In this document: in pieces, positions 1 through 6,703 of the stretch | Numbering within the stretch: position 1 is the stretch's first letter | How the letters are laid out: each line of letters opens with the position of its first letter | IMG/VR virus record: IMGVR_UViG_3300020020_000004 | Length of the DNA stretch: 20,000 bases | Strand: one strand, 5' to 3' | Origin: an uncultured virus (IMG/VR IMGVR_UViG_3300020020_000004) | Taxonomy: Duplodnaviria; Heunggongvirae; Uroviricota; Caudoviricetes | Notes under the pieces: generated by a model | Told to the model about the DNA's origin: nothing | Seen by the model: the letters and a program-made list of their open reading frames with translations, nothing else | The model's database searches: none | Program-made: the position numbers and the translations under genes

Positions 1-60
1 CCTTGCTGGAGTTTCGCATGGCTTCGGACTTGAGCGATATTACGATAGGTGGCTCAGGCT

Positions 61-258
61 TCACTTCAATCCCCACAGATCAATCTGCTGCTCCTGAAGT
101 GTCTTCCACTGTGTGGCTCCACCGTCGTGAAAGGACTCCATGTGGCGATCGTACGCGGCCTCTGCTGCATTTTCGGTACACGACTTGCAGATAAGTTCCC
201 CGTAGTCGTTCGGAGGAAGATTACAGGGGCAGGCACACTTTTCGCAGGGAGGGGTCAT
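61..258 (-). CDS. Small hypothetical protein, Cys-rich N-terminus (possible Zn-binding)
   Basis: 65 aa with CEKCACPC...CKSC; TAATG overlap with the stop of the upstream MazG-like gene at 258. Confidence 0.6.
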   Translation of the reverse strand: MTPPCEKCACPCNLPPNDYGELICKSCTENAAEAAYDRHMESFHDGGATQWKTLQEQQIDLWGLK

Positions 259-620
259 TAGTCGGTTCCTTCTGGTTTCAATTTCGTGGTGTAGCCAATC
301 TCGGTTGACTTGCTATCGAACACCTCAGCTATAGCTTCACCAAGTTGGAAGCCGAGCGACTGTGCTATCAAGTCAAGATAGACACCAGTATCGCCAATCT
401 CCTTGCGCAACTTCGCACGAAGTACATCGTCGGCTTCCTTGTTTCCAGGAATGCCATCGCGTGAGCGATTGAGTTTCTTAGCGATGTTGGCCGCTTCGCC
501 AAGTTCCCCCATGATTGCAACAAACCAGTCGCTAGTTGACCAACCAGATAATGGATGATTGAAACCATCCTGCGATTCACAACGCGCGCGATTGGCCTTG
601 CTGAATTCTTCGAACGTCAT
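258..620 (-). CDS. MazG-like nucleotide pyrophosphohydrolase
   Basis: GELGEAANIAKKL...KEIGD..VYL matches the MazG-superfamily ExxE/ExxD motifs. Start moved to ATG 620 (MTFEEF), preceded by GGGAG. Confidence 0.8.
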   Translation of the reverse strand: MTFEEFSKANRARCESQDGFNHPLSGWSTSDWFVAIMGELGEAANIAKKLNRSRDGIPGNKEADDVLRAKLRKEIGDTGVYLDLIAQSLGFQLGEAIAEVFDSKSTEIGYTTKLKPEGTD

Positions 621-625
621 CTTGT

Positions 626-970
626 TTATCTCCCGTCGATGTCTGAAGGTTCTGAAGCACGAAGTTTGCTGATTTCGTCTTCCCATTGTTGCCCCGCCTT
701 CGGATGCCTATTTGGCATTGACGCGGAACTCTGTAGATCCTTGAACAACTCCGTGGTCTTCCCACAGAACGTCACATAGGCGCTGATCGTATCTGTGACC
801 TCAAGTGTGCGCTCGCCAATGTCGCGCTCGAACTTGAGGCCCAGCTGGCGGATGTTCTCTGCCATTGCGAGCGCCTGCTCAACTACAGCTTTGATATCCG
901 TGACCATGCGATCGGCGGACGTCCGCACAGCGTCGGTAGTCAGGTTAGCGATTTTTTCGTTATCTGTCAT
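626..970 (-). CDS. Hypothetical helical/coiled-coil protein
   Basis: 114 aa; TAATG overlap at 970; amphipathic helical pattern. Confidence 0.65.
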   Translation of the reverse strand: MTDNEKIANLTTDAVRTSADRMVTDIKAVVEQALAMAENIRQLGLKFERDIGERTLEVTDTISAYVTFCGKTTELFKDLQSSASMPNRHPKAGQQWEDEISKLRASEPSDIDGR

Positions 971-1194
971 TACGATCTCCGGGTTGCCTTGTCATAGAGG
1001 TGAGGTATGCAGTATTTGACTAAATCTAATGTCGCCGTTACGGATAGAGTTGTCTCGCAGATGATTGTTCCATCCGCGCGATATGAAAAGATGTGCAGAC
1101 CAACTGCCGGATCGTCACAGAATGTGACGTCATAGTGATCGGCCTTCTCGACCTCGGGACCAGAAGGTCGGTAGTCGAATTCCATTTTTGTCAC
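970..1194 (-). CDS. Hypothetical protein
   Basis: 74 aa (GTG start, or a nearby in-frame ATG) packed between neighbours. Confidence 0.55.
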   Translation of the reverse strand: MTKMEFDYRPSGPEVEKADHYDVTFCDDPAVGLHIFSYRADGTIICETTLSVTATLDLVKYCIPHLYDKATRRS

Positions 1195-1198
1195 CGGC

Positions 1199-1381
1199 TT
1201 ATACTTTATGATAATAGTCGAGTACCATTTCTATGCTGCACGATTGTCTGATACCTTTATCTCCCATCTTAACAAGATGAGTGACACCATGACCCATCAA
1301 CATGCGTAGAACCGTTGCACCGTTTGATGTAGTTTGCAGTTCTTTACCCAGATTGATCCATTTAACTTCGATATCAGTCAT
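1199..1381 (-). CDS. Hypothetical protein
   Basis: Start placed at ATG 1381 (MTDIEVK), which forms an ATGA overlap with the upstream stop. Confidence 0.55.
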   Translation of the reverse strand: MTDIEVKWINLGKELQTTSNGATVLRMLMGHGVTHLVKMGDKGIRQSCSIEMVLDYYHKV

Positions 1382-1797
1382 CTGCAACTCGTCTTGACGA
1401 CGCTCCCTGAACGATAACTACGACATTGCGAATAGAAATCCTTGCCGGAGCAACTTGTGATGCTTACTGAACCGCTACGGCGCGTAGTGCAGCTGGCTGC
1501 CTCACTAGGGTTCGGCAGCAGAAATGCTGTGAGCAATATTAACGTTGCTGCAATTCTTTTCATCTTTAACTTCGGGCGCTTTCTAGGCAATACTGTACAA
1601 ACTCGTCCTACGAATTGACTGAATCCCGCCTCGGAATTAGCAAGACGAGTAATGTTATCTCGATCGACTGCAATGAACATTCGAGATATAATCACCCCCC
1701 GCTGAATCTTATCTGCCACATTCTGGGCGGCATATTGCGCAGCTATCTTGTTGGCGAAGAATCGTTTCTCCCCTGCGTCTAGATAGTAGAGGTTCAT
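1378..1797 (-). CDS. Hypothetical protein with an internal signal-peptide/TM segment and a C-terminal 4-Cys repeat peptide
   Basis: GGGAG RBS and a strong promoter upstream. Internal MKRIAATLILLTAFLLPNPSEAA (ATG 1563) is followed by two C-x4-SGSV-x2-TSC repeats. Confidence 0.65.
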   Translation of the reverse strand: MNLYYLDAGEKRFFANKIAAQYAAQNVADKIQRGVIISRMFIAVDRDNITRLANSEAGFSQFVGRVCTVLPRKRPKLKMKRIAATLILLTAFLLPNPSEAASCTTRRSGSVSITSCSGKDFYSQCRSYRSGSVVKTSCR

Positions 1798-1828
1798 TGC
1801 TTACTCCCGTTTAGCTTGACGGTAACAC

Positions 1829-1857
1829 ATTATTGCACGTTACACAGCAGATGTCAA
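1829..1857 (-). promoter_or_regulatory. Sigma70-type promoter P1
   Basis: TTGACA (1857-1852), 17 bp spacer, TGc-extended AATAAT (1834-1829), upstream of ATG 1797. Confidence 0.8.
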
Positions 1858-2084
1858 GGGCGAGCTTTCCTCGGCCGAATAATGATATCCACCTCAGTTC
1901 CCGGTTCAAGATCCTTTGGTTTCTCACTCCCAACAAAGAGAGATTCGTAACTGCCCTCGAAATTCACGAACCATCCTATCTTTTGAGATGTAAGTATCGC
2001 AGTACCTGTTGCGTCTTTCTTACCGTGAGTGATGATTTGTTTCTCTTCGAGCTTCACTACACGGGTAGGGATTCGAATAGTCAT
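1854..2084 (-). CDS. Hypothetical beta-rich protein
   Basis: 76 aa; ATGA overlap at 2081-2084. Confidence 0.6.
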   Translation of the reverse strand: MTIRIPTRVVKLEEKQIITHGKKDATGTAILTSQKIGWFVNFEGSYESLFVGSEKPKDLEPGTEVDIIIRPRKARP

Positions 2085-2236
2085 ACTTCCCCACTCCAGA
2101 TCTTATCTAAATGTTCATAATCTTTTTCGATGTGAGTAGGCAACGAGCCCAGTTTCATCCACATCTCATAATGTTTGTTGACTTGGTAAAGTAGATAAAA
2201 ATATCGAATATGTCTTATGATTATCCAGCGTTTCAT
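2081..2236 (-). CDS. Small hypothetical protein, 51 aa (absent from the ORF track)
   Basis: Translated by hand: MKRWIIIRHIRYFYLLYQVNKHYEMWMKLGSLPTHIEKDYEHLDKIWSGEV; ATGA overlaps at both ends fill the gap exactly. Confidence 0.65.
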   Translation of the reverse strand: MKRWIIIRHIRYFYLLYQVNKHYEMWMKLGSLPTHIEKDYEHLDKIWSGEV

Positions 2237-2493
2237 TTTCTGAATCCCTTACAGGCTAACTTCACCGAGCGGGGATCATCTGCGCGACCTGCGGTACTAA
2301 TACCAACACGCAGATCGCATTTCGGACATTCAATGATATAATACCCAATCCGTTTTGCAGGATAGGGTAACATGACAAGGCACATTTCTTTTTGGCCCCT
2401 AGACATATCAAGATCAATGCCAAGAGGATATTTCGGATCGGGTTTACCCTTAGGATCCGCTTTACTGTCGACCCATTGAATTCTGTGATTCAT
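2233..2493 (-). CDS. Hypothetical protein with Cys residues (C...CPKC...C)
   Basis: Start placed at ATG 2493 (MNHRIQW), ATGA overlap with the upstream stop. Confidence 0.6.
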   Translation of the reverse strand: MNHRIQWVDSKADPKGKPDPKYPLGIDLDMSRGQKEMCLVMLPYPAKRIGYYIIECPKCDLRVGISTAGRADDPRSVKLACKGFRK

Positions 2494-2684
2494 TGGCGTG
2501 GTTCCAATGAGTCGCTCTCTTCTAAGCAGAGCTTGCCACAAGTGACAAGACCCACTACTGTGGCATTGAAATCCTTTCCATCAATCTTAGCCATTTCAAT
2601 GATTTCATTGAACAGCTTAGGTGGAAAACGAACAGCGATTTGTTTCTTACCGTCGCCTCTGATTATTCCAACTGGGTATTTCAT
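2490..2684 (-). CDS. Arc/ribbon-helix-helix-like DNA-binding protein
   Basis: KQIAVRFPPKLFNEIIEMAKIDGKDFNATVVGLV fits the Arc-type strand-helix-G-helix pattern; ATGA overlap at 2681-2684. Confidence 0.55.
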   Translation of the reverse strand: MKYPVGIIRGDGKKQIAVRFPPKLFNEIIEMAKIDGKDFNATVVGLVTCGKLCLEESDSLEPRQ

Positions 2685-3049
2685 CTTCTGCATCTCCATT
2701 TATATCTTCCTACATAGACTTTACGCATACCATGGGCACTACAAACTCCAGATCGAGTTTGTCTGTATCTGGTTCTTCTGTGGGGCCTCGCGACGTCTTG
2801 TATCGGAGGCTCAATTTCTTGTGGCGGGAGTGCAACCTCTTTAACCGCCACTGGTTCTCGAGTAATTGGAATAGTTCTTACAATAGTTATTTTCGGTGGA
2901 GAGTCAATGACGCTACTCGGCGTATTGCCCCATCTCTCTTGGAGTGTGGCATATGCTTTTCGCGGTGGTTCCTTCCTGACGAAAGTTATACCCCAGGAGA
3001 TAAGAGCGGCAATGAATACCGCAACAATGGGGTAGATAAGTTTTGTCAA
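2681..3049 (-). CDS. Membrane-anchored protein with Pro-rich linker and basic 2-Cys C-terminal motif
   Basis: N-terminal TM LIYPIVAVFIAALISWGITFV; C-terminal CSAHGMRKVYVGRYKWRCRR; TTG start overlaps the upstream TGA. Confidence 0.6.
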   Translation of the reverse strand: MTKLIYPIVAVFIAALISWGITFVRKEPPRKAYATLQERWGNTPSSVIDSPPKITIVRTIPITREPVAVKEVALPPQEIEPPIQDVARPHRRTRYRQTRSGVCSAHGMRKVYVGRYKWRCRR

Positions 3050-3213
3050 TGTACCCGACCTGACCCACTCTGTCGAATCTGGTGACGAATTTCTGTTGCA
3101 GCCTTATCGTCGGCATCTTCTTTGGACATGCCGGCAGCTATCATTTCTCGTTTGCGTTTCTCGAACTCTGCAAACCAGACTTCGAGTTCGGACATCGATT
3201 TTAGTTTGTTCAT
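3046..3213 (-). CDS. Small hypothetical protein, 55 aa (absent from the ORF track)
   Basis: Translated by hand: MNKLKSMSELEVWFAEFEKRKREMIAAGMSKEDADDKAATEIRHQIRQSGSGRVH; AACGGAG RBS; 4-bp overlaps at both ends. Confidence 0.65.
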   Translation of the reverse strand: MNKLKSMSELEVWFAEFEKRKREMIAAGMSKEDADDKAATEIRHQIRQSGSGRVH

Positions 3214-3437
3214 GTTTTCTCTCCGTTACTGTTCCCAATCAATTGGAATAACATCTTGCGAGCATAAGCGGATGTAAAAGCAGATTCCTGTTGAAATAGA
3301 ATGGAATCTTCAAAGTTTCTATCTGCAAGATGCGTTGCTGCCCATCGTGAATAACTGGCTGCTACTTCTTGAAGATGGATAAGTAGATTGCAGCTATCTT
3401 CCTCGCTCATTTCTTTTCCAACTCTTGGATTGCTCAT
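3210..3437 (-). CDS. Hypothetical protein
   Basis: 75 aa; ATGA overlaps at both ends. Confidence 0.6.
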   Translation of the reverse strand: MSNPRVGKEMSEEDSCNLLIHLQEVAASYSRWAATHLADRNFEDSILFQQESAFTSAYARKMLFQLIGNSNGEKT

Positions 3438-3553
3438 TCGATGTCGCCAAGTGTTATCTCTTGACGACCGTTAAGTTTTGCTCGATGTTGGATTAATCGC
3501 AACGCACGGAGTACAGCGAGGATCTCTGAAGATAGATTAATTTGATGGCTCAT
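3434..3553 (-). CDS. Small hypothetical protein, 39 aa (absent from the ORF track)
   Basis: Translated by hand: MSHQINLSSEILAVLRALRLIQHRAKLNGRQEITLGDIE; fills the gap, with an ATGA overlap at 3434-3437. Confidence 0.5.
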   Translation of the reverse strand: MSHQINLSSEILAVLRALRLIQHRAKLNGRQEITLGDIE

Positions 3554-3560
3554 GATCCGG

Positions 3561-4037
3561 TCATTTCTCAGGATCGATTGTGTACTCGCTTTTGTCACTC
3601 ACGTTGACGTAGTTCCTGTCTGCGTCGTCGAGACCACAATTACCTCGCTCTCTGTGTTTCTCGCAGAAACATCTGATCTTGATCATCTGCGACTCGGACT
3701 TGTGGCCAGCATTGCAGTAGTTGGCTAGCTTGCGATAAGTGATTGTTGCCTTCTCGGAGCATCCCTCTTGGTCACAGATGTCTCCTTCACCTGCAAATGA
3801 CGCCTTTCCGTTGTCGGTGGCGTCGTAATAGACCGCAGATGCATAAGCACATGCCATCTCAACATTGCGGAATGATCTTGTAACAATGACTCTCCCGTTA
3901 CGGAGAAGCTCGATGACTGCGGAGATGCGCCACTCGTCACCGCTCAGCTCGCTCTCCTTCCAACGGGGGATGGTCCTGATCTTCACCTCGTCAAAGGCTT
4001 GGGCATTCGGTTTGATATCTCGCCACGGCTTTGTCAT
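3561..4037 (-). CDS. Hypothetical protein with Cys/His-rich C-terminal region
   Basis: 158 aa with CDQEGC, CNAGH and CFCEKH...C clusters. Confidence 0.7.
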   Translation of the reverse strand: MTKPWRDIKPNAQAFDEVKIRTIPRWKESELSGDEWRISAVIELLRNGRVIVTRSFRNVEMACAYASAVYYDATDNGKASFAGEGDICDQEGCSEKATITYRKLANYCNAGHKSESQMIKIRCFCEKHRERGNCGLDDADRNYVNVSDKSEYTIDPEK

Positions 4038-4051
4038 TGATCTCTCTTTCG

Positions 4052-4288
4052 TTACATTGAAGTGGGAAGCGCACCGACCGTGTGCGCCCGCGCGAGTATT
4101 GCGTGAGGGTGATCATCCTTTGCCCACTCGTCTCCCCACATAATCATCCGTTCGCGGGCGGCATCAAGCTCACGAAACTTTGCAGCAATTTCCATGACTT
4201 GAGCTTTAGTGGCCCCAATCTTTTTCAACGCAGCGGTCACTTCGCGTTTTAGACGAGCGATCTTCTGGCTGCGACGTGTCTCTTTCAT
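4052..4288 (-). CDS. Basic hypothetical protein
   Basis: 78 aa; GAGG RBS; ATGA overlap at 4285-4288. Confidence 0.6.
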   Translation of the reverse strand: MKETRRSQKIARLKREVTAALKKIGATKAQVMEIAAKFRELDAARERMIMWGDEWAKDDHPHAILARAHTVGALPTSM

Positions 4289-4734
4289 TTCACAACCTCT
4301 TCCACTAGCTCGTAGACCTGGAAAGTATAGACCGTATCAATTGCTGGCTCATCGAAGATGTATTCGCACGTCGGGTTTTGGTTTCCAATATATGGACCCC
4401 ATTTGTGCCAGCGCCATCCACCCTTATGAGATTGTTGTTTCTTATCGATCCTGACACAGACGAGAACAAGTTTCTCTGATCTCTCATTGAGAGCATAGGT
4501 GCTCACAACTTGACTAGGAGTATCGCAAACTCCATAATCGGGAAACGGAAGTTCCTCTACGTCGTCTTCTTTCCACCGCTCACGGAACTTGACACCGAGT
4601 TGATCGACCGACCAGTGTGTGGTCAAGTATATACCCTGCGCGATACGCTCTGGAATAAGATTCGGTCCACCTATGATGGAAAGAATCATGCCAATGTGAG
4701 ACGGAGGTTGACGAAATTCTACATCGACAAGCAT
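4285..4734 (-). CDS. Conserved phage hypothetical protein (GWRWHKWGPYIG motif)
   Basis: YGVCD and GGWRWHKWGPYIG motifs, which I recall from other phage hypothetical proteins. Confidence 0.7.
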   Translation of the reverse strand: MLVDVEFRQPPSHIGMILSIIGGPNLIPERIAQGIYLTTHWSVDQLGVKFRERWKEDDVEELPFPDYGVCDTPSQVVSTYALNERSEKLVLVCVRIDKKQQSHKGGWRWHKWGPYIGNQNPTCEYIFDEPAIDTVYTFQVYELVEEVVK

Positions 4735-4735
4735 C

Positions 4736-4939
4736 TTAACGCCCCGTTCTTCTTGCCATTAAAAGTCCCTCGAGAAAGAGGGCAGCTTTGATCACATTTC
4801 TCGCATCACCCGCTTTAAGAGCGATTGCAATGTACTCGTCATTGTTTCGTCTCTCATCAACTGTACTTGCTATCACATCCACGGCCGGGCGAATAAGAAC
4901 AAGTAGTTCTGTAATTGTATCGACGTCCATAACTGTCAT
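4736..4939 (-). CDS. Hypothetical protein
   Basis: 67 aa; ATGA overlap at 4936-4939. Confidence 0.55.
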   Translation of the reverse strand: MTVMDVDTITELLVLIRPAVDVIASTVDERRNNDEYIAIALKAGDARNVIKAALFLEGLLMARRTGR

Positions 4940-5124
4940 TTGATTTTCTCATAAATGAATGGAAACAAGATGGCGTCTGGCGAGTTACAGTTCACCGACA
5001 TACCGCACGATCTACATTCGAATCGTTCAGACTTGTCCATGTAGGTTCCGGAAACCCCATGCGCTTCGTCAATCATATGACGATACTCAGCAACTCCGCA
5101 ACCTTGGCATTTTGGATAGGTCAC
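4936..5124 (-). CDS. Zn-ribbon-like small protein
   Basis: CQGC...CRSC pair; GTG start abuts the upstream stop. Confidence 0.6.
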   Translation of the reverse strand: MTYPKCQGCGVAEYRHMIDEAHGVSGTYMDKSERFECRSCGMSVNCNSPDAILFPFIYEKIK

Positions 5125-5397
5125 TTAAGTGATCCTGTATTCGTCATTCTGGGGCGGCGGAACTACAGTTTTTCCATTGAACATCATAGCTAGTGCTGTT
5201 CGATTTTTCGTTCCGGTCTTAGTATAGGTCGTGTGTAATAACATCTTAACAGTTCCTTCGGCAACACTCATCAATTTTGCTATCTCTTTATTAGACAGCC
5301 CTTTGATGAGATGCTCGACAACTTCGCGCTGACGCGGTGTCAACTGTCCAATATTCGTAAGGGGACAGTCACGACACGGCCTCTCTATTGAGCCCAT
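5125..5397 (-). CDS. Stand-alone LuxR/GerE-family HTH transcriptional regulator
   Basis: LTPRQREVVEHLIKGLSNKEIAKLMSVAEGTVK...KNRTAL is the LuxR HTH signature; GGGAGG RBS. Confidence 0.9.
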   Translation of the reverse strand: MGSIERPCRDCPLTNIGQLTPRQREVVEHLIKGLSNKEIAKLMSVAEGTVKMLLHTTYTKTGTKNRTALAMMFNGKTVVPPPQNDEYRIT

Positions 5398-5426
5398 AAC
5401 AAACCTCCCAACTTATGTTGATCATA

Positions 5427-5858
5427 TTAAGTCCCCTTTCGATGTATTCGACGTCCAAGTCTACGTGACTCTTCGTGAGACAAACCTTTTATCCCAACCT
5501 GGTTAGCTGGCGGCATGCGCGGATGCGGAAAGTGAGTATCTTTCCATAGGTGGAGCACATAAGGGTGATTGTTGATGTGGTCTTCTTTAGGCACATGATA
5601 TTGAATAACTAATTCATTCTCTTCCCAGAATAGATCTTTAATGAAACACATTTCTTCCCAATTCGGACATCTTCTTTCGGTGCTCACACTAACATGTTCC
5701 CAACCGTGTGCATCCGGATGTTCAGCACCATTAGATATGATTCGTAATGACGTGCCGCAGGGACCCATCAATTGAAATGCGCCTGCCAGCTCCGATTTAG
5801 GATAACCGTAGCCCTCGAGACGTGCTGTCTTAAGTTTCGTCGGAACTACCCTACGCAT
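5427..5858 (-). CDS. Conserved phage protein (GWEHVSVS...PxWEEM...HPYxLHLW family)
   Basis: Motifs GWEHVSVS, RCPNWEEMCFIKDLFW and NNHPYVLHLW. Start placed at ATG 5858 (MRRVV) to minimise overlap with the Lar-like gene. Confidence 0.7.
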   Translation of the reverse strand: MRRVVPTKLKTARLEGYGYPKSELAGAFQLMGPCGTSLRIISNGAEHPDAHGWEHVSVSTERRCPNWEEMCFIKDLFWEENELVIQYHVPKEDHINNHPYVLHLWKDTHFPHPRMPPANQVGIKGLSHEESRRLGRRIHRKGT

Positions 5859-6075
5859 GGCGTTTATTCCAATTCGCTGCTGCTTCAACTCGACGCGCGT
5901 AGCCAATTGAGTTTGTGTATCCGACTGGACATTCATCCTTGACATCTCGGCAATAAACGTACCAGGACGCAAGATCTCCACTCATGTCATGTTCGAATGA
6001 ACATGGTGAACCACAGAATGGGCATGGTAATAGTTCGCCGGGTTCGGCTTCGATGATCACCCGTTCTGCGGCCAT
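5851..6075 (-). CDS. Lar-family restriction-alleviation-like Zn-binding protein
   Basis: LLPCPFCG...YVYC...C...EAAANWNKR matches the Lar family pattern. ATG 6075 has an AACGGAG RBS and its own promoter. Confidence 0.75.
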   Translation of the reverse strand: MAAERVIIEAEPGELLPCPFCGSPCSFEHDMSGDLASWYVYCRDVKDECPVGYTNSIGYARRVEAAANWNKRHA

Positions 6076-6099
6076 AGGCTTGTGCTCCGTTAGCCGCAC

Positions 6100-6128
6100 A
6101 GTATATGTAGATCTGCCTGTTGATGCAA
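6100..6128 (-). promoter_or_regulatory. Sigma70-type promoter P2
   Basis: cTTGCAT (6128-6123), 17 bp spacer, TATACT (6105-6100), in the gap upstream of ATG 6075. Confidence 0.75.
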
Positions 6129-6131
6129 GCT

Positions 6132-6572
6132 TTATTTTTGGAGGGTGGCTTTTACCCACCCGGTAAACCAAATCCGAAAAGTATCCCAATCGATTTCTGC
6201 AATAGCCTGCATCTGGTGACCCTCGGGAAGGGGCATTGAGATGTAGGTTCTAACTCGCCACGGTTTCTTGTTCTGTCTATAAATAAGAACAGGAATTGCA
6301 TTGTCTCGTTTTGCAGACGTCTCACATTGCTTCCACCAAGTATTGACACTAAGTGTCTCTTGCCGTTTAACTTCGACTGAGAGACCATAACAACCAATAA
6401 GATCAGAACCCCCAATAGCTGTCTGTATCTGATTCCTCTGGATGGTCGACATACCCTGAAGACACTCTTCTCTCGTATAACCTAATTCCGTCATTGCGAG
6501 GTAGATACAATAGTTCATTGCATCTGCAACCTCGCGCTCTCCCGTCTTCCCCTTGTTGACAATGTGAATCAT
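6132..6572 (-). CDS. Holliday junction resolvase-like PD-(D/E)xK nuclease (Hjc / T5 D14-like)
   Basis: KGKTGERE, GSDL, VEVKRQE and WWKQ motifs; located downstream of the polymerase. Confidence 0.75.
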   Translation of the reverse strand: MIHIVNKGKTGEREVADAMNYCIYLAMTELGYTREECLQGMSTIQRNQIQTAIGGSDLIGCYGLSVEVKRQETLSVNTWWKQCETSAKRDNAIPVLIYRQNKKPWRVRTYISMPLPEGHQMQAIAEIDWDTFRIWFTGWVKATLQK

Positions 6573-6617
6573 TTGCGGGGTCCCCTATGCTGTAGCTTGT
6601 GTTTTTGATAGCCCCTT

Positions 6618-6638
6618 GGGGCGGCTGCGGGGCGGCTG
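6618..6638. repeat. Tandem direct repeat GGGGCGGCTG x2 in the pol-resolvase intergenic region
   Basis: 6618-6627 and 6629-6638 are identical. Confidence 0.7.
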
Positions 6639-6703
6639 TAGCGAGTTCAAATAGCTTGCCGCCGCCAGTGTATCGGGGGCTTTCTCAGTGGCTGTACAGC
6701 CAT

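Noticed and set aside
2..64. Possible gene starting GTG at 64 and leaving the window
   Set aside because: Only 21 codons are visible; the GTGA overlap is suggestive but insufficient
6647..6703. 18-aa ORF MAVQPLRKPPIHWRRQAI directly after the polymerase stop
   Set aside because: Too short to support; no motif; lies in the repeat-rich gap
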